From sequence record DRR378314_211: 40,202 bases of DNA; one strand, given 5' to 3'. Below, one piece after another: positions 36,803 to 40,202 of the stretch. Below the pieces are notes generated by a model. The model was not told where the DNA came from, did not search any database, and saw nothing but the letters and a program-made list of their open reading frames with translations. How positions within the stretch are numbered: position 1 is the stretch's first letter; the number at the start of each line of letters is the position of its first letter. A program made the position numbers and the translations under genes.

Positions 36803-36827
36803 ATTGTCGCTCCCACGCCCTGTGCCG

Positions 36828-36855
36828 TTGACAGAAGCATAGAGAAACCTAGAAC
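36828..36855 (+). promoter_or_regulatory. Sigma70-type promoter of sdhCDAB
   Basis: TTGACA-N16-TAGAAC (CCTAGAAC resembles the Caulobacter GCTANAWC -10), 43 nt upstream of sdhC. Confidence 0.55.
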
Positions 36856-36898
36856 CCAAGCCAAAGCATTCATTGCAGGCAAGCAAGGTCATTCCCTC

Positions 36899-37297
36899 AT
36901 GACAAGCACTACACGGGCAGATACGCGCCCATTGTCGCCTCATCTTCAGATTTGGCGGTTCCACATCACGATGGCTGCGTCCATCACACACCGGTTTACG
37001 GGCATGGCCCTGTATTTCGGAACATTCCTCATCACAGCATGGATCATTGCCCTCGCAACCAGCGCAGGCTGGTACAGCGTGATCGAAGACATCGTGTCTG
37101 TCTGGTATGGCCAGGTCATCCTGTTCCTCTGGGCTGTGGCGGTCATGTACCACTTCCTGAACGGCATTCGTCACCTGCTCTGGGACGGACCACATGTCGG
37201 ATTTGACCCGAAGACCGCCAGCACGGTTTCGGTGTTCATCTACCTCTTCTCCATCATTGGTGCCGCGGCAATTTTCGCTGCTGCCACCTGGCTTTAA
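36899..37297 (+). CDS. sdhC: Succinate dehydrogenase cytochrome b556 subunit
   Basis: RPLSPHLQIWR, SITHRFTG, YHFLNGIRHLLWD; start ATG 36899 (the ORF-track upstream extension is spurious). Confidence 0.95.
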   Translation: MTSTTRADTRPLSPHLQIWRFHITMAASITHRFTGMALYFGTFLITAWIIALATSAGWYSVIEDIVSVWYGQVILFLWAVAVMYHFLNGIRHLLWDGPHVGFDPKTASTVSVFIYLFSIIGAAAIFAAATWL

Positions 37298-37309
37298 GGG
37301 GCGACTGAC

Positions 37310-37705
37310 ATGGCATCGAACAATTTCATCACGCCCGCCAAGGCGGCCCGCGGTCTCGGCTCTGCCAAGTCGGGCACCGAAACCCATATCCGCCAGCGCG
37401 TCTCCGCGATTGCGCTGATCTTCCTCGTCCCGTGGTTCGTCTTCTCCATCATCAATGCGATGGGCGGTGACCTCGCCTCTGCTCAGGCCTGGGCCGCAAA
37501 GCCGTGGAACGCCATCCTGCTGATACTGACCGCCGGCGCGGCGTTCTACCACATGCGTATCGGTATGCAGGTGGTCGTCGAGGACTATATCGCAAAAACG
37601 GGAACCAAGTCGGCCCTGCTGATCCTGAACAGCTTCGTGTGCATCGCGCTGTTCGTGACTGTGGCTCTTTCGGTTCTCAAACTCTGGATTGGCGCGGGCG
37701 CCTAG
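37310..37705 (+). CDS. sdhD: Succinate dehydrogenase hydrophobic anchor subunit
   Basis: [28 protein letters not shown]. Confidence 0.95.
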   Translation: MASNNFITPAKAARGLGSAKSGTETHIRQRVSAIALIFLVPWFVFSIINAMGGDLASAQAWAAKPWNAILLILTAGAAFYHMRIGMQVVVEDYIAKTGTKSALLILNSFVCIALFVTVALSVLKLWIGAGA

Positions 37706-37727
37706 AGCCCGCGGGAGAAGCAACAAG

Positions 37728-39515
37728 ATGAGCAATTACACCTGGACCGACCATACATATGATGTCGTGGTTGTGGGCGCTGGCGGCTCTGGCCTCCGTG
37801 CTGCCCTGGGCGCCGCACAGGCCGGCCTGAAAACCGCCTGTATCTCGAAAGTTTTCCCAACGCGCTCCCACACGGTTGCCGCACAGGGCGGCATCGCTGC
37901 CTCGCTCGGCAATATGGGTGAGGATGACTGGCGCTGGCACATGTACGACACCGTCAAAGGGTCTGACTGGCTGGGCGACCAGGACGCGATTGAATATCTC
38001 TGCCGTGAAGCGCCCGCCGCTGTTTACGAGCTGGAGCATTGGGGAATGCCCTTCTCCCGGACCGATGAAGGCAAGATCTACCAGCGCGCCTTCGGCGGCA
38101 TGACCCGCGAATTCGGCAAGGGCCCCGTGCAGCGTACCTGCGCTGCGGCTGACCGGACCGGGCACGCCATGCTGCACACGCTGTATGGCCAGTGCGTCAA
38201 GGAAGAGACCGAATTCTTCATCGAGTATTTCGCGCTCGACCTGATCATGGATGAAGAAGGCGCCTGCCGCGGTGTCACGGCATGGAAACTGGATGACGGC
38301 ACGCTTCACCGGTTCCGCGCGCAAAAGGTTGTCCTGGCAACTGGCGGATACGGACGTGCCTTCTTCTCGTGTACCTCTGCCCACACATGTACGGGCGACG
38401 GCAACGCCATGGTGCTGCGCGCCGGCCTGCCGCTGCAGGACATGGAATTCGTTCAGTTCCACCCGACCGGCATCTACGGGTCCGGCTGCCTGATCACCGA
38501 AGGCTCCCGCGGCGAAGGCGGATACCTGACCAATTCCGAAGGTGAGCGCTTCATGGAGCGTTATGCCCCATCCGCAAAAGACCTCGCCTCCCGCGATGTT
38601 GTCTCCCGCGCGATGACGATGGAAATCCGCGAAGGTCGCGGCGTTGGCGCAGAGAAAGACCACATCCACCTGCACCTTGAGCATCTCGGCGCAGATGTGC
38701 TGGCGGCGCGCCTGCCGGGCATCTCCGAGACCGCGAAAATCTTCGCAGGCGTCGACGTCACGAAAGAGCCGATCCCGGTTCTGCCAACCGTTCACTACAA
38801 TATGGGCGGCATCCCGACCAATTATCACGGTGAAGTGCTGACCAAGAAGAATGGCGATCCGGACTCCGTGGTGCCAGGCCTGATGGCTGTTGGCGAAGCG
38901 GCCTGTGTGTCCGTGCATGGCGCAAACCGTCTCGGTTCCAACTCCCTGATCGACCTTGTTGTGTTCGGCCGTGCAGCCGGCCAGCGCTGCGGCGCCACCA
39001 CCGAAGCCGGGGCGACCCAGCCGGAACTGCCAAAAGGCGCGACCGACAAGCATCTTGAGCGCCTGGACCGCCTGCGCAACGCAACCGGCGACCAGCCGGT
39101 CGCCAAGCTGCGCCTGGAAATGCAGAAGGGTATGCAGAACAATTGCGCAGTGTTCCGCACCGGCGACGTTCTGAAGGACGGTGTCGACGCCATCGAGGAA
39201 GTCTACAAGAAGGCTCCGGGCATCGATGTGAAAGACCGCGGCATGGTCTGGAATACCGATCTTCTCGAAGCCCTCGAATTCGACAACCTCATCGCTCAGG
39301 CCGCCGTTACCGTGAATTCGGCTGCCAACCGGGAAGAAAGCCGCGGTGCCCATGCCCGCGAAGACTATTCCGAGCGCGATGACGAGAAGTGGATGAAGCA
39401 CACGCTCGCTTGGTGTGACGAGGCCGGCAAGGTCACGATCGACTATCGCGAAGTGCACAATTACACGCTCTCGAACGAAATCAGCTACATCGAGCCGAAG
39501 GCCCGGGTGTACTAA
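37728..39515 (+). CDS. sdhA: Succinate dehydrogenase flavoprotein subunit
   Basis: [19 protein letters not shown] (covalent FAD His), [29 protein letters not shown]; start ATG 37728. Confidence 0.98.
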   Translation: MSNYTWTDHTYDVVVVGAGGSGLRAALGAAQAGLKTACISKVFPTRSHTVAAQGGIAASLGNMGEDDWRWHMYDTVKGSDWLGDQDAIEYLCREAPAAVYELEHWGMPFSRTDEGKIYQRAFGGMTREFGKGPVQRTCAAADRTGHAMLHTLYGQCVKEETEFFIEYFALDLIMDEEGACRGVTAWKLDDGTLHRFRAQKVVLATGGYGRAFFSCTSAHTCTGDGNAMVLRAGLPLQDMEFVQFHPTGIYGSGCLITEGSRGEGGYLTNSEGERFMERYAPSAKDLASRDVVSRAMTMEIREGRGVGAEKDHIHLHLEHLGADVLAARLPGISETAKIFAGVDVTKEPIPVLPTVHYNMGGIPTNYHGEVLTKKNGDPDSVVPGLMAVGEAACVSVHGANRLGSNSLIDLVVFGRAAGQRCGATTEAGATQPELPKGATDKHLERLDRLRNATGDQPVAKLRLEMQKGMQNNCAVFRTGDVLKDGVDAIEEVYKKAPGIDVKDRGMVWNTDLLEALEFDNLIAQAAVTVNSAANREESRGAHAREDYSERDDEKWMKHTLAWCDEAGKVTIDYREVHNYTLSNEISYIEPKARVY

Positions 39516-39536
39516 GGACAGCAAGGCACGCAAGAC

Positions 39537-40202
39537 ATGGTACAGCTTACCCTCCCCAAAGGCTCCGCGCCTAAAAAAGGCAAGACCTGGCCAAAGCCGC
39601 AAGGCGCGACCAATCTTCGCCAGTTCAAGATCTATCGCTACAGCCCCGAAGAGGGCGGCAATCCGCGCTGGGATGTCTACTGGGTAGACATGGACAAGGC
39701 CGGCACGATGATCCTGGACGTGCTGTTCTACATCAAGAACACCATTGACCCGACTTTGGCCTTCCGTCGCTCCTGCCGCGAAGGCGTGTGTGGGTCCTGC
39801 GCAATGAACATTGCCGGGCAGAACACGATTGCCTGCACCAAGGGCTTTGACGAATTGCCGGGCGGCGTAATCTCGATCGCGCCCCTTCCCCACCAGCCAG
39901 TGGTGAAAGACCTGATCCCGGACCTGACCAATTTCTACGCGCAGCACGCCTATGTGCAGCCCTATCTGAAAACGGTGACGCCAGAGCCTGAAAAGGAATG
40001 GAAGCAATCCGAGGAAGACCGCGAAGAGCTGAACGGCCTTTACGAATGTATCCTTTGCGCATCCTGCACGACGTCCTGCCCGTCCTATTGGTGGAATGGC
40101 GACAAGTATCTCGGCCCTGCCGCGCTGCTTCAGGCCTATCGCTGGTTGATCGATAGCCGCGATGAAGCCACCGGCGAGCGTCTGGACGATCTGGAAGATC
40201 CG
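39537..40202 (+). CDS. sdhB: Succinate dehydrogenase iron-sulfur subunit (3' end off window)
   Basis: Not in the ORF track. Manual translation from ATG 39537: MVQLTLPK...[17 protein letters not shown]...IAC...VVKDLIPD...[19 protein letters not shown]. Confidence 0.96.
   Translation, partial: MVQLTLPKGSAPKKGKTWPKPQGATNLRQFKIYRYSPEEGGNPRWDVYWVDMDKAGTMILDVLFYIKNTIDPTLAFRRSCREGVCGSCAMNIAGQNTIACTKGFDELPGGVISIAPLPHQPVVKDLIPDLTNFYAQHAYVQPYLKTVTPEPEKEWKQSEEDREELNGLYECILCASCTTSCPSYWWNGDKYLGPAALLQAYRWLIDSRDEATGERLDDLEDP

Noticed and set aside
35855-36898. 348-codon upstream extension of sdhC (480-aa ORF)
   Set aside because: Antisense shadow of DUF885; SdhC homology starts at 36899, downstream of a good promoter.
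36803-37735. 311-codon N-terminal extension making DUF885 an 893-aa ORF
   Set aside because: It is the antisense shadow of sdhC/sdhD; a signal peptide and RBS mark the real start at 36802.
37677-40007. 776-aa minus-strand ORF and similar long antisense ORFs (15093-16286, 860-1888, 13384-14334, 10343-11257)
   Set aside because: Stop-poor antisense frames of codon-biased GC-rich genes; no recognisable motifs.
1-40202. CRISPR arrays, IS elements, tandem repeats, full CtrA boxes (TTAA-N7-TTAA)
   Set aside because: None seen by eye; only isolated TTAA half-sites (e.g. near 1520, 5907, 17827). A computational scan could still find weak cases.

Overview
A GC-rich, gene-dense alphaproteobacterial chromosomal segment. 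Gene content and style suggest Caulobacterales/Hyphomonadaceae; this is inference only. Most of it is housekeeping. Envelope and proteolysis: ctpA (partial), envC-like, M28 peptidase, yccA/BI-1, htpX, two DUF885 paralogues. Tetrapyrrole and respiration: hemC-hemD-alphaMic60-hemY, DUF1674/SDHAF4, sdhCDAB (sdhB partial). Other clusters: htpX-rsmB-slyB-like-rpe-heparinase-like-capD-like-purH, phzF, thiD, transaldolase, ugd, GST, PMM/PGM, an OM beta-barrel, a class I GATase and tRNA-Thr(CGT). I found no mobile element, prophage or CRISPR array. The best candidate for a poorly understood system is the operon at 6959-9700. It has a perfect alphaproteobacterial LexA box, a radical SAM/HhH protein ending in a beta-clamp motif (QLDLF), and a translationally coupled DUF4130-UdgX fusion that keeps the covalent-capture His loop. 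The gene pair is a known family, but I know of no established biochemical function for it. Other leads: a stand-alone HEPN-like (RxxxxH) protein inside the envC/ctpA run, a frameshifted GNAT, twin sigma54-like sites upstream of ugd and PMM/PGM, an RpoH-like promoter on yccA and an ECF-like promoter on the OM barrel. All calls come from reading motifs by eye; no database searches were run.
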